A DNA stretch of 64,000 nucleotides from Enoplolaimus lenunculus (taxonomy: Eukaryota): contig JASANG010000273.1 in the NCBI GenBank assembly GCA_030248215.1, forward strand, positions 434,001 to 498,000, written 5' to 3'. The notes under the pieces are model-generated. The model did not search any database, had not been told where the DNA came from, and saw only the letters and a program-made list of their open reading frames with translations. Below are positions 49,671-63,998 of the stretch, piece by piece. How positions within the stretch are numbered: the stretch's first letter is position 1; each line of letters starts with the position of its first letter. The translations under genes and the position numbers were made by a program.

Positions 49671-52169
49671 ATTATTGTAACAGAATGCAGATTGAAATTC
49701 GGTTAAGCTTAAGCAAAAACAGTCTAAAATTTAATTCTTACTCTGCTGCGGTCGTGCTAGAAAACTGACTGGCCGTAAGAGTAACATGGGTCTTACGAAA
49801 TTCCTGTTGTTTTTATGTTTTTAGTAAACTTTTGCAGTCTGAAATTGATACCGCTTCTGAAATTTGAGCGTATACGAAATAGGCTTTTCCGGACTACACA
49901 AGCTGAGCCAAATTCGACTCCGCCAGAGTCAAATTCGACTCGATGAGCTACTCAGTTAGTCGAATTGCGCCTTGGATGTACAAATATACGAAGTTTCTGA
50001 AACTATGGGTAGTTAACCGTTCAACATAATTTTCGCTATTTTGCTTCATTTCTGTTCACGATAAACTGACGGGAACCTGATGTTAAGCGCCAGTAAAAGT
50101 TCTTTTAGCACACGAACATTTGTCTATAGCTGCAACCGTAACTCAATGTCCAGCTCATGGTAAAAACAGATTTACATGCTATAGTGAAATTTGTGCCAGA
50201 GTTTTTTGCAATGTCGGTACTGAGATTTTCCGTATTTTTTCCAGCAGGAAAAGGAGCTCCGGCTTCGATAAAATTTCTGCCGGAGGTTCTAACAATTTCG
50301 GTAGAGGAATTTTGCATTGTTTTACAAAATTGTTTGTTACGTTTCATTTTAACATTTAATGCAGTTTTGAGGACGGAATTTCCGAGGTTTCGTGTATTTA
50401 AATAAGTGTAAAATCAAATGATGTAGCAACACCTTAATTTGCTAAAATCGGCAAATCAACATTTTATTAACTGCCTATGCCCCATCTCCGGCTCTGATAA
50501 ATTTTGTCGACTTTGGTTCCGGTATATGTTTCACCTTCGGTTGCACTGTGTTAATTTCTGGCAAGGTTTGCAGTTGATTTGTTTGGTTCGCAAATATCTT
50601 TATCCTAAATTTTTCTCACCTCCGTCTCTCGCAAAGCTAGTGGTTCGGTTCCGGTTTAGTCATCTTCAATCGCACCCTGCTAGGTTGCAACTTGTACGAT
50701 CGATTCGTATGCAGTTGATTTTTCTATTTTTTAACGAATCCAACATTTGTCTCACATTTTGTTTCTGTACAATCGCGCTGTTTTCAAAGGTTTTTAAGCA
50801 TTTTTGCACTGCAGCACAGTGTAAGACCCTCCTTTACGCAACTTTCCCCGCATTGTCAAGTTTTTGAAGCGCTGCATTCGGTGCCAAAAATTGCAGCAGA
50901 AAACTTTAAAAAACTGCTTTTATAAAGCACAGTTTTTGAAAGCGCTTTGTGTTGTCGAAAATAACTACTTATCGTTTCCCTGTTGATGCGTCGTTATATG
51001 TCTTTGACAGACGCACGCGGTGTTATAAATTGTCGCAAGCGCAACTGCGTAACTTTAACATATACATGGATACATTAGTCTTTTGTACAAGAAAAGCAAC
51101 TGCCTATTTCTACCAGGGTGCAACCGGGGGTGGAAAACGCCGATGCCGGACGCTGATTTTTATCCAGAGCCGGATGCAGGCCTTCGTTTACGTACTCTGA
51201 GTGCTATACTGTTGTAGAGTCCTATACATTTTTAAAAATTTAAATTAAAAGGAGCATAGAGTTAAAGTACGTACTGTAGTGACCCGAATAAGAGATTTAA
51301 TCGTTGCTTATTTTAGCAGCGAACCGAAATCTATTGAGTTGGGCATAGCTGGTGTCCGAAGCTTCTGTGGCAAAAATTATTTTTGTACTACTAAGTAGTA
51401 GAAGGTAGATTCGAAATAAATTTGAATTGTTTGAAAATAGCAACAAAAAACACAGTAATCAAAAATATATACGGTTTGGTCTGTGCAGTGACGAGAACTG
51501 AAAACATCAATCTGCTTGTAGGGTTGAATAGGTCAACAGATCCGGTTTCATTGCGTTGACACCACGGCACATTTTATGCATGCCAATTATATACTTTGGG
51601 ACCCCGCAATGCGTGTACTCACCATTATCTTATAACTGGCTCAACACAACATACTTTCTTTAGCTATACCTTCCTTTATTGCACAACCCTCGCCAAAGCT
51701 CTTGGTCTAAACAAGCTTTATGACATGTCTCCAAAGGCTGTTCCAGATTTCACACGTCGGCGCCTTGTACAACCAAGCTTTACGGTGGCGCCTTTTATTA
51801 GTTTAAATGAGTTCCTACATTAGATCATATTTAGACTAGAAGACGCTACAGTTTTGTATATATACAATTTAGTACGAAACAAATTTCCTGGATAGATCAT
51901 AGTGTTGCACGGTACCAGTTGAAATCTGGAAAATATGGTTATATATGCAGTGTTTAAACGCAGGAGTATTTCCATTATAAAACCATCTGTTCAAATCAAA
52001 AATGGAATAATGAATAGCATGTTTTGAATTCAAGACGAGGCGCATGAAGACATTTTCTTGCCTTTGGAACGGGGCAGGTAAATAGGTTTCGCAAAGTTTT
52101 TCACTAGCGTACAATATATATTATAGTTTAGTTTAAGTCCGAAGCGCTCGTTTGCTGAACACCCCGGGT

Positions 52170-54220
52170 TTTATTAAAAGGATAAACCACATTTACATCA
52201 ACGAAAGCAATTATATAAACCAAAGAAGGCAACAACATATTATCATAACATAACAAAGGTCCTTGAAAATTACCCATTATTCTACTCTGCTTGCAAGGAT
52301 ATTATTCAGAGCAAATATGTTAAAAAGCACACAAGAAACCTAGTTTCAAAACAAACTACAAATCAGGTACGCTGAGAAAAAGACATTCGAAAACCCAGCA
52401 TGCTATCATTCTGTCGGGTTATTGTTCCAAAAACCTTAAAAAAACATTCTTCTTTTAGATACAGCTTAAGTTTGCACAAATTTCTATAAACATTTTCCTG
52501 AAAAACATCAACAACACAGACATTTTCATTGTTAAACTCGAGTTTACATCGAGCACTCCATATTGCCAATTGTGCATGTTGGACGATGAAATTAAAAGCT
52601 ATTCTCTTTAATGGGTCGTGAATATTTCGTCCCAAAATTAAATCCGAAATCGTTATTTCATTTACTCCAGCTACCTGTTGCAAAACGGGAGTAATGAAAA
52701 AACTAATTTCTTGCGCCCGCAAACAATAAATAAACACATGAACATTATCCTCCCGCACTTCAATTCCATCCAAATAACAAAACGAACATATATTTGTCCC
52801 ATCTGTAAAATGACTAGTGCGGTGATTAGTATATAATGACTTGTGTCTTAACCTAAAATGGACGTCTCGCGCAGAGCCGTCAACATATTTCGCTTTTGCC
52901 CATATCCATGATCGCTCGACAAAAATAGGTTCAACTCCTAGCTCGTCTCGCCAAAAAACATGTTTAGGATGCATGAGTCCCTTATACACAGCGTGTATCC
53001 ACATTTTATACAATTTATTTGCCGACACTGTTTTTAAGGATAACTTTTCGCCAAAAAACCAACAAAAATTTCCATCCATTTTAAAAGATGACTCAATCAT
53101 TGCAATCCGTATCTCTTTATATAACTCCGGTACATCAATGCGTCTCAGTTGACGTTTAGTCGAAAACTGAACTTGCCGAAAGAAATGTTCGAAACATCTC
53201 TTCCAACTCACAACTTCGGTACCTCTTAATATTCGAATATAAAACATTAAACGATTCACTTTCAGTCTGACAAAAATATTTGGGAAATTTATCCCGCCGT
53301 GACTAGGTTGTAAAAACAGGATATCACTTCTAATAATACTAGCGGTGGACGGGTACCACAACCACTTATAAACCACATTGATAGTTTCCTTCACTAGTTG
53401 CTCAGGGGGTGTTACTAATTTTATCAAATAATTAAACATACACAAAAAATAAATGTGAACAAGATGGATTTTTCCAAAACAGAGATACCTCGGGCGGTAT
53501 TCGCTGTTCAAGACTTGCAATTGCTTCGTAGCACTTTATCCAATTTTCAGGAACATCGAGTCCCTTTGAATCAAACCAAAGGCCATAAATTTTCACTCTT
53601 TCAACAATAAAGCGTGCATATTGATGGGGTACAAGTGCGTTCCTTAGATCGCCCATTAATAGTATCTGTGTTTTAGTTTCCTTTTAGTCGGCTGCCAGAG
53701 GCCTTTTGAAATTTTTCAAAAACATCAAAAACCACACTTATATCTGAAATCCTACTTAGAAAAATATTAGTGTCGTCGGCAAACTTAGTCCTCGGGTGTT
53801 AATGCCGTATAGTGGTATCCCCGGAATTCTTGAAGTTATTCGAAGATAATGAGCTACCACTTCCGCTGTTATGACATATAATGACGGCGATAAGGGACAC
53901 CCTTGTCGAATTCCACGGAAAACATGAAAAAATTCTGACTTAAAACCATTAACTATAACAGATGATCTTGTACATCCGGGTTTATAAATACATTTGATCA
54001 TGTTTAAAAAGTTTTCGCCAAAATTCATGACCCTAAGTGTCTCAAAAATAAAAGACCACTCCACCAAATCAAAAGCGGCTTTGTGATCAACTGATAGCAG
54101 CAACGCCTTTGCGTTGCTTTCATTGGCATAATGAATAACAGACATGACATGTGCAACACTGTCTTGGATAATTCTGTCGGGAACCGAGCTTGTCTGATCC
54201 GGGTGGACTAAAGATTTCAT
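52170..54220 (-). mobile_element. 5'-truncated, frameshifted non-LTR retrotransposon ORF2 (Tx1/L1 clade): RT plus C-terminal CCHC zinc knuckle
   Basis: HPDQTSSVPDRIIQD, LLSVDHKAAFDLVEWSF, VIVNGFKSEFF..RGIRQGCPLSPSLY; then after a frameshift TKFADDTNIF (~53790-53761), ASGSRL, VKIYGLWF, PSHGGINFPN and CSFC...EDNVHVFIYC. About three frameshifts. AATAAA on minus near 52170-52175. Confidence 0.92.
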
Positions 54221-56630
54221 GACCGATTCTAATCTTACATATGTACATTGATGATGTACATATATTTACCCTCCTGTTTCGGTATAGAAATGCCCTAAAG
54301 CTAAGCATTGCTTTCAATTTACAAAAGAAATATCGCAGTGGCGCTAGACGTCATCAGTCACGTGCCAAACCTTGATTACAGTCGTCTTTTTAATTGTTTA
54401 AAGCTTAAAACACAGTTCCTCAAATTTTAATTTCCGCACCAAAGCACATATGCATATTTTTCACAAAGCATACGCCTTAAGGTTTACCAGTGAGTTTTGA
54501 TTGCTTTGCAATTTTCTTATACATTTTTGTGTCTGTTTGCATCCTTGTTCCACAATATTCCAATGTTTCAAAACAAATTAAAAGCAAACGATATTCTGGT
54601 GCCATTTGATTCCGAATGCAAAGAACCGTTGCATACCACATTCCCTGAAACATTATAAATGCCAGCCCAATTGATTGGTATTGTTTTGCAAAACATCAAA
54701 CTTTAAAAATTGAAATTGTCATTTATTTTCGGCCGTAAAGCTGATAAATGGCGCATCACTGTTCACGTGAATTTCAGGTGCGTTGCAAATTACAAAATGA
54801 AATACTGCAGTTAAACAATAGGGGAAATTATGCAATTACAAAATTATGGTATCGGTATTTTTGCACTTTAGCCTACGAAATTGGTATTATGATGAACTGA
54901 TATTAAAAATTTGTCATCTCCGCACCAAAGACTTTAACAGCAAGCTCTAAACCGAATTCAGTTTCGCAACTTTAGGAGCTCAGTTTATAAAAACACACCA
55001 ATGTGTTTTATTTGCAAGAGCAAAATATTTACATAAAACATAAATAATGCAAACAAAAGTACACGCAACGTATCACATCAAACGACATTAGACATTACAA
55101 TATTCAGCGACGTCATGACAGCGCAAGACAATTCCAATCCAAGTACATTCAAAGTACATACAGCTGTGTTAATAGTATAACATGGTAAAATCGTCTGTAC
55201 ATGTCTGCAGTAAAAATATAGTCCTAAAATTATTTAGCGGGATACTGTAATGAACCGTATACGAGGGGGACTCCCTGTTAGTCAGTTACGAACTGTTATA
55301 TATTTTTAATCCATGCTCCGCCACCCTTCGTTATACTGATATATCGGTACTGCAATTATCCGTTGAATTAACGTTTATTTGTCTTGTATCAAAAGCTTGA
55401 GCGATAATGCAAGGTTACTTTAAAGGTTCGAACGCAACTTTATTGGAACTCAAAATGGGGACCCTTTCCTCATTACCCCCTCTTATTCGGGTACCTACAG
55501 TATATCAAACTAAGCGAAATACATCAATATCGAAACTATTTGAAATTATATATGTTAAACCACACACTGCGATGCCAATATCCATAAAAGGAACATCCAT
55601 CAAGATAGTATAACAAGCGCTGTTCATTACAGTTTAACGTTTTAAATAATTGAATTTATTTTAAACCTACTCCAATTAGTATAATATGTCGCTAACACCT
55701 TCAGACGATAGGCCCGTGTATAGCTGAGGGCCGTAACAGTACTATAAGCAAATAAGCTTCAGTTGTAGAGATGAGTCTAAGCCTAAGCAATGAAGGTTTT
55801 TCTAAAGCATATGCTTACCTCACCTCTTATACTCTATTGCAGCTCTTGTCCGCCATTCAACTATACACTGGCGGACGATAGGAATATTTTTACTCTTCAT
55901 ACAAACAAATTTATAATGCAACGAAGAACGTTATAGTAAAAGCAATTGGTGTACCCATAATTATGCACAAGCAAACAGTAAACAAAAAACTGAAGAAAAT
56001 ACAAAAGCAACACTATATACAGTACAAGCATATATAGCACGTTTTGGCCACAATTCAATATTATAGTACTTATGGCCCGGAGCCGTGGTTATTTCAGTTC
56101 CCAGCGCGGCAACACGCACATCAATTGCATGTTAACTTTAAAGGTAAAAGCGATATCGTGGAAAATCTCGTAGCTAAGAAATTAGTCTTGTGAAAAGTTG
56201 CACTTTTCAACGGCCAACTAAACATTGACAGTTTACAGCCACAACACCGCTCAAAACTCTAATGTAACCGCATTTTGATTAAATTTTGTTGTGTTAAGCC
56301 CTTACAACATAGCAAATCACAATACACTTCTCTTAAAGACGATGTTTTAAGCAGAGTTTTTATAAAACGCTTTAATACTCCAACTATAAGCACACTTTAG
56401 TTATTTTTTGTTCATTTTTAATCACGTAATACAAAAAAATACATACTTAAGTCAATTACAACATACTATAAGCAAGTCAATTAAAGACATTTAGTAAGCA
56501 AATTATGGCTTTAAAACAACGATCGCTTCGTAAATTGCATACTCTGGAGTTTTAAATCGAGTTGTTCATCCTGAATGGATACAGTTATACGCTCTTGTAC
56601 GTCTCCACAGGCTTAAGCTTATGCGTATCT

Positions 56631-56752
56631 AAGCCTATCTCTTGCTAAAATTTGAAAAATTCGACAATTTTGATCCGTGTGTATGAGAGCCCAAGCCTAT
56701 CTCTTGCTAAAATCTGAAAAATTCGACAATTTTGATCAGTGTGTATGAGAGC
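56631..56752. repeat. 62-bp-period tandem duplication
   Basis: aagcctatctcttgctaaaat(t/c)tgaaaaattcgacaattttgatc(c/a)gtgtgtatgagagc occurs twice. Confidence 0.9.
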
Positions 56753-59700
56753 ACATGACCAATTTTACCATGGGAACATGGTTTGAAGTAACATCAAACT
56801 ACGCCGCCAACAACTTGGTTCTTGAGTTTTTATACTTTTAAACCAATAGGTTCTAAGTAGGAGTATTTAAATACGGGAAAACACTAAAACGCTCAGTAAC
56901 TCTCAGGGCACAAGTTAAGCCACACGAATAACGTTTCTTCCAGCCACTTAAAGCTTAGTCAAGGTACTATGTACGTACTTAACAATCAATTTCCAATTCT
57001 TACAAAATAACGTTAAATATGCTTGTATATACGTCCTTAGGCCACTGCGTGCATAAGAAAACTAACAAACCACCCCGAGATCTGTACCCATTAGTGCTTT
57101 GTCGTCAAACACAACACACTGCATTCCAGTATCATATTCCAGAAAAGTCTTGTGTGCCGTTTTTCACTAAATTTTCCCCAAATCTGGGATACTTTTACAC
57201 TTATACTGCTCACACAGCCCAATTATTACTTTGTTATATCAATACCTATACACAAGTCTATAAGGGGCTTACACGATGAACAAAAATAACTCGTTATATC
57301 CCCTCCGGACCTTTCTGAAAAGACGAGGAACAGCGGCCAAGTTACAAGTTTTTGAAAAATGTACTAAATATCAAATAATTTAATTCTCTGTGCTGGCTTG
57401 CAAAAAAACCTGCACGTGATTATACGTACCCTCCCGACCTGGTACGCCCCTACACTACATGTCTAGAGGCAAAAAGTGTTCATGTACATGGGGGATATAT
57501 GTATATACGTACATAAATAATAAATGCGAGGGATACTAGAGACATATCAACATCATCTCCCGAAGTTTCTGGAAACACACAAATATGAAATCACCTTTAA
57601 AACAGGGAAATGGTTTCCTTTTATAAATTACGGAGGTAAAAAATTTTGCTTTAAGTTATTACGTCTGAAAACGAAATCCTGGCTACGCCCTCTGTTCACA
57701 TATATAGCGAAAACAGACACTTTACTTCACGGTAACTTTGTTAACTTTCACCTTGTTTTCACAGACAATAAGACTATCTATCTGAGTATAAGTATATACA
57801 CATACGTCTGTAAACAAAAACTAAAAATAATATTCAAGGACAACTTACTGCTGCTGCTGCTACTTTGATTAGTTTTCGTGTTTGACAAATAAATCACTAT
57901 AAATATATAAATACATACAATCAATGCATATTACATATATTTTTATTATGTTGCAACACAAGCAACAAAAATTATATTTTAGTCCGCTGTACAATTTTAT
58001 AACCAGGATATCTGTTCAAGAGGAAAGCCTCATTTAAAAGTACTTCTGCACGCAAACTTAATGAGCGATATTTTCGAGCTCTAGGAACCAGCAGATTAAT
58101 TTTGACAGATAGACTTATCACCACCGTTTACCATGTATACGTCCGTAAACGTTGCCAGAGGTGGATCCAAAATTGTGTGATGGAAGGGGGTGGGCTAACA
58201 AACGTTATGAAACACAAAAATTGTAATGTAGAGACCGTATCATTTTATCAAGAAAAATATTTTAGGGAAGAACTGTAGGGCATTTTCACAAAAAATTCCG
58301 ATGGCAAAGTTGTATTTTTTAAAAAAATAATTTTCAGTGGAAAAAATTGTAGGGTAAGGACATCATGAGTTTATCACAAAAAAATTCTGGCGGGGAGGGG
58401 CGTATGCTCCCCTGCTCCCCTCTGGATCCGCTAGTGAACGCAGTCGTTACACAGACACGCCGATTTATGCTTACTTAAATAATATACAACACTGTGAAAC
58501 TCACGTGCTGTTTACATAGTACTTTACAAATACAACAACGGACGCGTCTTCGACAACAATGAAATAGAGGAATAAAGCTTAACCGAGCATAAACACATAG
58601 GTACGTATAATTTGTATATACAAAGGCTTATATATACATCCAGGCAACAGTTTTAGTAACATTAAAAACACAAAACAAGTAAAAATCCAAATTCTATATA
58701 TTACATACAGTTATATCTATATATTAATACGTACGTACACACAGCAGTTTGTCCAGGATCTTTATTTCGGAAGTTAACCTTTTTTACGTGCTATTACTAT
58801 AGGGAGTTTAAAATCGAACACGTTATTCCGGAGTTCAGAATCGAACAAGTTATCCCAAAACTTATAGAACGACATTTTTTCCCATTTCTTCGTAACTTTC
58901 GAAAAGACGGCGTGTATATTCCTTATTCCCCATTAGTAATAAAGCAGCAATTCCAGCAATAACTGATCTAAGCGCGCAACAACTACCAAGACATTGTCGC
59001 TGGCTGGGGTAGAAACTTATACAGATGGCAAAGATACTATATATTCGTTTGCATAGATATTTTTCAATGCTGACCATGCGTTTTCTTGAGGGGTTTGGGC
59101 AGCGCGTGGTGTCGCTTTATGCAAAACCATGATTTTATGCCAGCAGCCAAGGTTTGTCGCAGAGTGCAATCAGAATTCCGATAACTAGTAGAACTCCGAT
59201 TCAAAACGAGTTCCGATTCCTATTCTGATTGCACAAACAATCGGAATTTCCACATCATTTATCTATTAAATTGTTTTGGACAAGTTAACTTATCATCAAT
59301 AATTGAATGTAGTTTAACTTTATATGCAGAACCAAAAAATATTCCGGTATAATCAAGTTCCGCTTTGCACACTGGTTTGTCACCAATATTTTATAAACAG
59401 AGATATAATTTTTTTCGAACAACTGGAGAGGGAATTCCAAGCCTGTAAACCCACCTCTGGGCCCTGCGTTTGCTTGCACAGACAACACCGGTACACCACT
59501 TTGTTGATATACGTACCACTCAATCATAAAATATTTCAAGTTTTCAGCAGCTCAGCAGAAGACATTTAAACTTTTATTGCATACTACACAACGTCAAATA
59601 CATATTTCATTGCTATAGGTCTGGATTTTCGGCTATCTCTGCTAGATCAAATTAACCCAGACACAAAAGAATTACGCACAACCCGGTTTATATTTGTTCT

Positions 59701-60057
59701 TCAAACAACGTTAACCCCTGTCGAAAATATATACATTTTTCATCAGCTGTGTTATTCTTCAATGTATCTCGAAAAATGTTGTATGCCAAGTGTTTTTTAA
59801 AAATCTGTTTTAAAAATTCATGCAGCGTAATACGGAAGCAAGAAATAAAAAAACTGGTACAGCTAAAATATACAATGTGCGCATATATGTACGTATATAC
59901 GTATGGTACCGGTACGTATGGTATTTTAACAAAAATCATTTTACGTTCGTATTCTTAGTTTGCCATTGCGCTTAAGAATTTCACTACGTAACACCTAAGC
60001 AGTGAAACATTGCGAGAGGAGTAAAAAGCACAAGAATTACATATATATAATATATAT

Positions 60058-60522
60058 TAGAGCTCTCCCGCCACGATTTTTGCCGGGGCCGGGGTTAAGA
60101 CTACTGTTTGCTATAATAAAAGTCATGTCATAAAAACGCTCGAAAACTACATATTCACACGTATAGAAAGCGAGATAAATCCCTTGAAGTAACAGCGTGA
60201 AATACGATGGCCACGATTTTTGCCGGGGCCGGGGTTAAGACTACTGCTTGCTATAATAAAAGTCATGTCATAAAAACGCTCGAAAACTACATATTCACAC
60301 GTATAGAAAGCGAGATAAATCCCTTGAAGTAACAGCGTGAAATACGATGCTGTTTTCTGCTTATATGCTATTGATGCGAAATCATAGAGCTGATATTAAA
60401 ATCACGGTTTGAATTAATTTTTATAGACGACAATGGGGTACGAGTGAAACAGTAAAAATTTTCATAAATTGTCCACTATTTTGGCAACGGCCCCGACACT
60501 TTCTGGCTCCGGGACAGCTCTA
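60058..60522. mobile_element. hAT-like MITE with TAGAGCT TIRs containing a 140-bp tandem duplication (60070-60349)
   Basis: atatatat|tagagctctcccg ... cgggacagctcta|atacatac. Units 60070-60209 and 60210-60349 differ at one base by eye. Confidence 0.72.
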
Positions 60523-63500
60523 ATACATACTTGTTTACTATCCTCCCACACTAGTGCTAATTTGGTAGAATGCAAAAATTCTCTTCAACACACTACTGTT
60601 TTGTTACTTTCCTAGGCCTAAAGCACAGACTAAACATGAGACTAAGCCCCAGCCTATTTTATTGATCCAAATAGTGTACTCCAGCTGTTGTAACGACTTC
60701 CTTTCTTCGTTTTGGATCTCGTTAAAACACAATTTTAATTGTGATTACGTATACCAATATATCACAGCAACACTGGCCATTTAATCCGACAGTATCATAT
60801 CATTACGTATCCGTATCCCCCAGTGAAGTGTTACCATATCTTTTTACAGCTGTATATTTCGCCCCATAGCCAATAAGCATTCGAACGAACGGAATTTCAC
60901 TTCTCCATATTAAGCATTCCCATGCCACACTGCAAAACGCCTCCTAAGAAGCAAACCAGGTCCCAGGCCGGTCGCAGAAGTAGTCAGCCCAACATAAAAG
61001 GGTTGGCCAAAAATTACAGAAGGGGCGCGCGAGAATTTCGTCGTGGCCAAAATTTTCTAGGATGGCTGGCCCCATTCAGCCCTTTCTGTCTTCAAGCTCG
61101 AAAGCAGTCCCTAATACGCACCTAGGAGCCTACGCCGATACAAACCTATACCCAAACCAGCAATCAAACAGCACACATAATAAACACATTATCCACTACA
61201 TCACATACAATAACAATAAACATATATCTACAATCATTGCCAGCTGAGCGCAGCCAAGAAATTAAATACATACGCACATAAAAATGTTCACATTCATCAG
61301 CTGTTTTTGTACAGAATGCCTAGAAATACGTATTACGTTATCATCACACCATACACTGATGAAAACAAGCTGAAATAAAGGCAGTCTGAGAAATCACGTG
61401 TTCCAAAGCAATTTAAATCCAACAACAAAAATGACAGCATCTGTTGTGTTACAAACAAAAACAATATCAATACCTCGTATTTACGTATACTAAAAACTAA
61501 AGTATATCTGTTATTTCCCTACAATACATTCTCTTCGGGAATTTGCGAAAACATTTTTGTCTCCTAAAAATCGCTCATTAAAATTACAGGTTCCAGTTTT
61601 AGTTTATTCACACCGCAGTTTAAATTAAAATTGGGCTTTGTACGCTGAACTTCACGTTTTAAGTTAAGGCGGAGGCTTCAGCTTAGGCTTGGGTAAACCC
61701 ACTGTGCCGAGATTTTGAGCTTTCAAATGTGGTCCCAAAACTGAAGAATGATGCCGTTCCGTTCAATACGCACGTTTTGATCTCGTAGTTTCAACCTCAT
61801 TGACAAACCATAAACCAGACATTATTTTCAGCTCCAACCAAGTATATATATACATATATATACGTTCGTATATACCTAAAACTTGCTGTTGCACAATTCT
61901 CAACTAATGTTCAATAACCCCTTCGGCCTTCACCCCTTGCAGTATTTCGCGCACAATAGTCTACCAAACTTTCATTTTCCGCGTATGTATATATATTGTA
62001 TTTAAACAATAGAGAAACCTTTCCAACAACTTATATAGTCAAGAGTTCATCCCTAATCCTAAGAAATCAGTATATAACGCCGCTATTATCAATTCATTGA
62101 TTTACAGCAAAAGCCCGATTAACCCCAAGCTAAACTGTTTTGGTTAAATATTAGTTGCGCCATTGAAATGCGTCCGAAAACGCCAAATAGAACGTGCAAA
62201 CTGTTACTGGTATTGACATTTTCCGCGAGCAAACACTTTACCGTAGTCCCATAATAGCAAAGCGAGCATGCTTTTTTATTTACATAATTTCTAAATTTTA
62301 TATCAGTTAAAACACAATTTTACAATCCTTAAACTAACATACGTGAAAAACATGCCACTTAAACCGAAAAATTCTTATCAGAAATTTCAGTCTGCGCGCA
62401 GCAGATGCTACGTATAAACTATGCAAGTGTTTTATGCAAACAATAAAATAGCAACATTTCTGATTCAGTGAAAAACACAAAAAAGCCAAGCCAAATTTAC
62501 ATATTTCTAGTGACTTTTCAAACGATATAAACTTCAGAATTGTGTAAGAAACAGCTTAGATGGCTAAATACAATAGAAATTATTTCAAAATCGGTTTTCA
62601 GATTGCAAATTGAGGAAACACGGAGGAAAACACTGCACCAATAAAAATTCACCATATTGAATCACAAAAAACAAAAATAACACACTACATAATATATACA
62701 GACATGCGTATATATGATTCAGGGTGCGATCCGATATAATTACGAATGCCACCAATAAACCGACTCTCGATTTCAATATTTTCGTTTGCATTATATTTTA
62801 ATTTGTACTTTTAGTCATAATAAACATTGCAAAAACGTTTGCTTAACTAGGCAACGTTTTACAGTTTGCAACAGACGATACTTAAACTTGAACTCATCTA
62901 AAATGATAAAGCAAGCAATTATAAGAATTCAGCAATGCAATAACCGGCTCCTGTATGTCTCTTACTCGGCCGCACCATGACATAAAGATTTATACAAAAT
63001 CATGCTCAGCGTTCTGACCGGAATGAACATAAGCTTCATAATAAAACGCACTTACAAGATGCTTGTTATATACAAAAACAACTCGACAGCTGGACGTAGC
63101 TGAGCGGCGGGGTAGGGCTTCAGGCATCAAACAACAGCAGTACTTGCTTGAACAACGCCGAAAAAGGATTACTTTTTCAGTTCGTAGCACAACAACCCCT
63201 CTTCGAAATTTTTTTATAGAATGTAAGCCTTTTTTCTAAAATCCTTGATAGTGAATGAGCCAATTCAAGACAGTGACAAAACTAACGCTGGTGACTCTGC
63301 GAAGACCCAAATTGTCACTACTCTTTTATAAAATAAACTATATAAAACAATCTTTTTCTGAAATATAGTAAATCCCAATTATAAGAGTTTCAATACAATA
63401 AAACGCATCAAAGCTCTTTGCAGCTCTAAAAACTAATCTAATTTACAGACTCACAATGTGAAAACTCTAGGTAATATCTTCGATTATTTCTTAATAAGTC

Positions 63501-63866
63501 AATACACCGAGATACCTACAAAACTAAGGCATTTATATTCAGCAGCCAGTAAACACAAATGACAATACGCCTCCCAATTCCACCGCAAATGAAATACATT
63601 ACAAGCCCCGCCCCCAATTGATAAACGAAGCTGGCCCCATCCCAACCTCACCCACTCACCGACAAAATAAATTCCACTCCGAACTATGTTGTCAAACGAC
63701 ATGATGCCTGCTGACCCTGCCAACTCACAGCCACCACCCTTTTCTATTTTTATACTCCAGCACATTCCACTATTGGTCGATCGATAGTGTTCCAGTCAGT
63801 CGCCATTCACACGCGACATTTTGCCCTTCTCTTCGTTCGGCATACAGTTTCGACTCCGCCTCATTT

Positions 63867-63998
63867 CTATTCTTCAACATCAACCATTGGTTGATCATTC
63901 TCATTATCGCTATTCTCACCTCCACTTGACTCATCGCAACATTTCGTCGCCATTGTTGTTGTAGCTGTTGCTGATGCCATCCTATCTGTCGAAATCTG
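63867..63998 (-). CDS. Possible 3' end of the terminal coding exon of a gene entering from beyond the window
   Basis: The open frame from the window edge reads QISTDRMASATATTTMATKCCDESSGGENSDNENDQPMVDVEE* (TAG at 63869-63867). It is followed by kilobases of U-rich minus-strand sequence resembling a 3'UTR. No homology recognised. Confidence 0.33.
   Translation of the reverse strand, partial: QISTDRMASATATTTMATKCCDESSGGENSDNENDQPMVDVEE

Noticed and set aside
50105..50867. Cluster of overlapping 80-142 aa ORFs
   Set aside because: No recognisable motifs; lies in repeat-like sequence with ttccg/cggaa and ttgca subrepeats.
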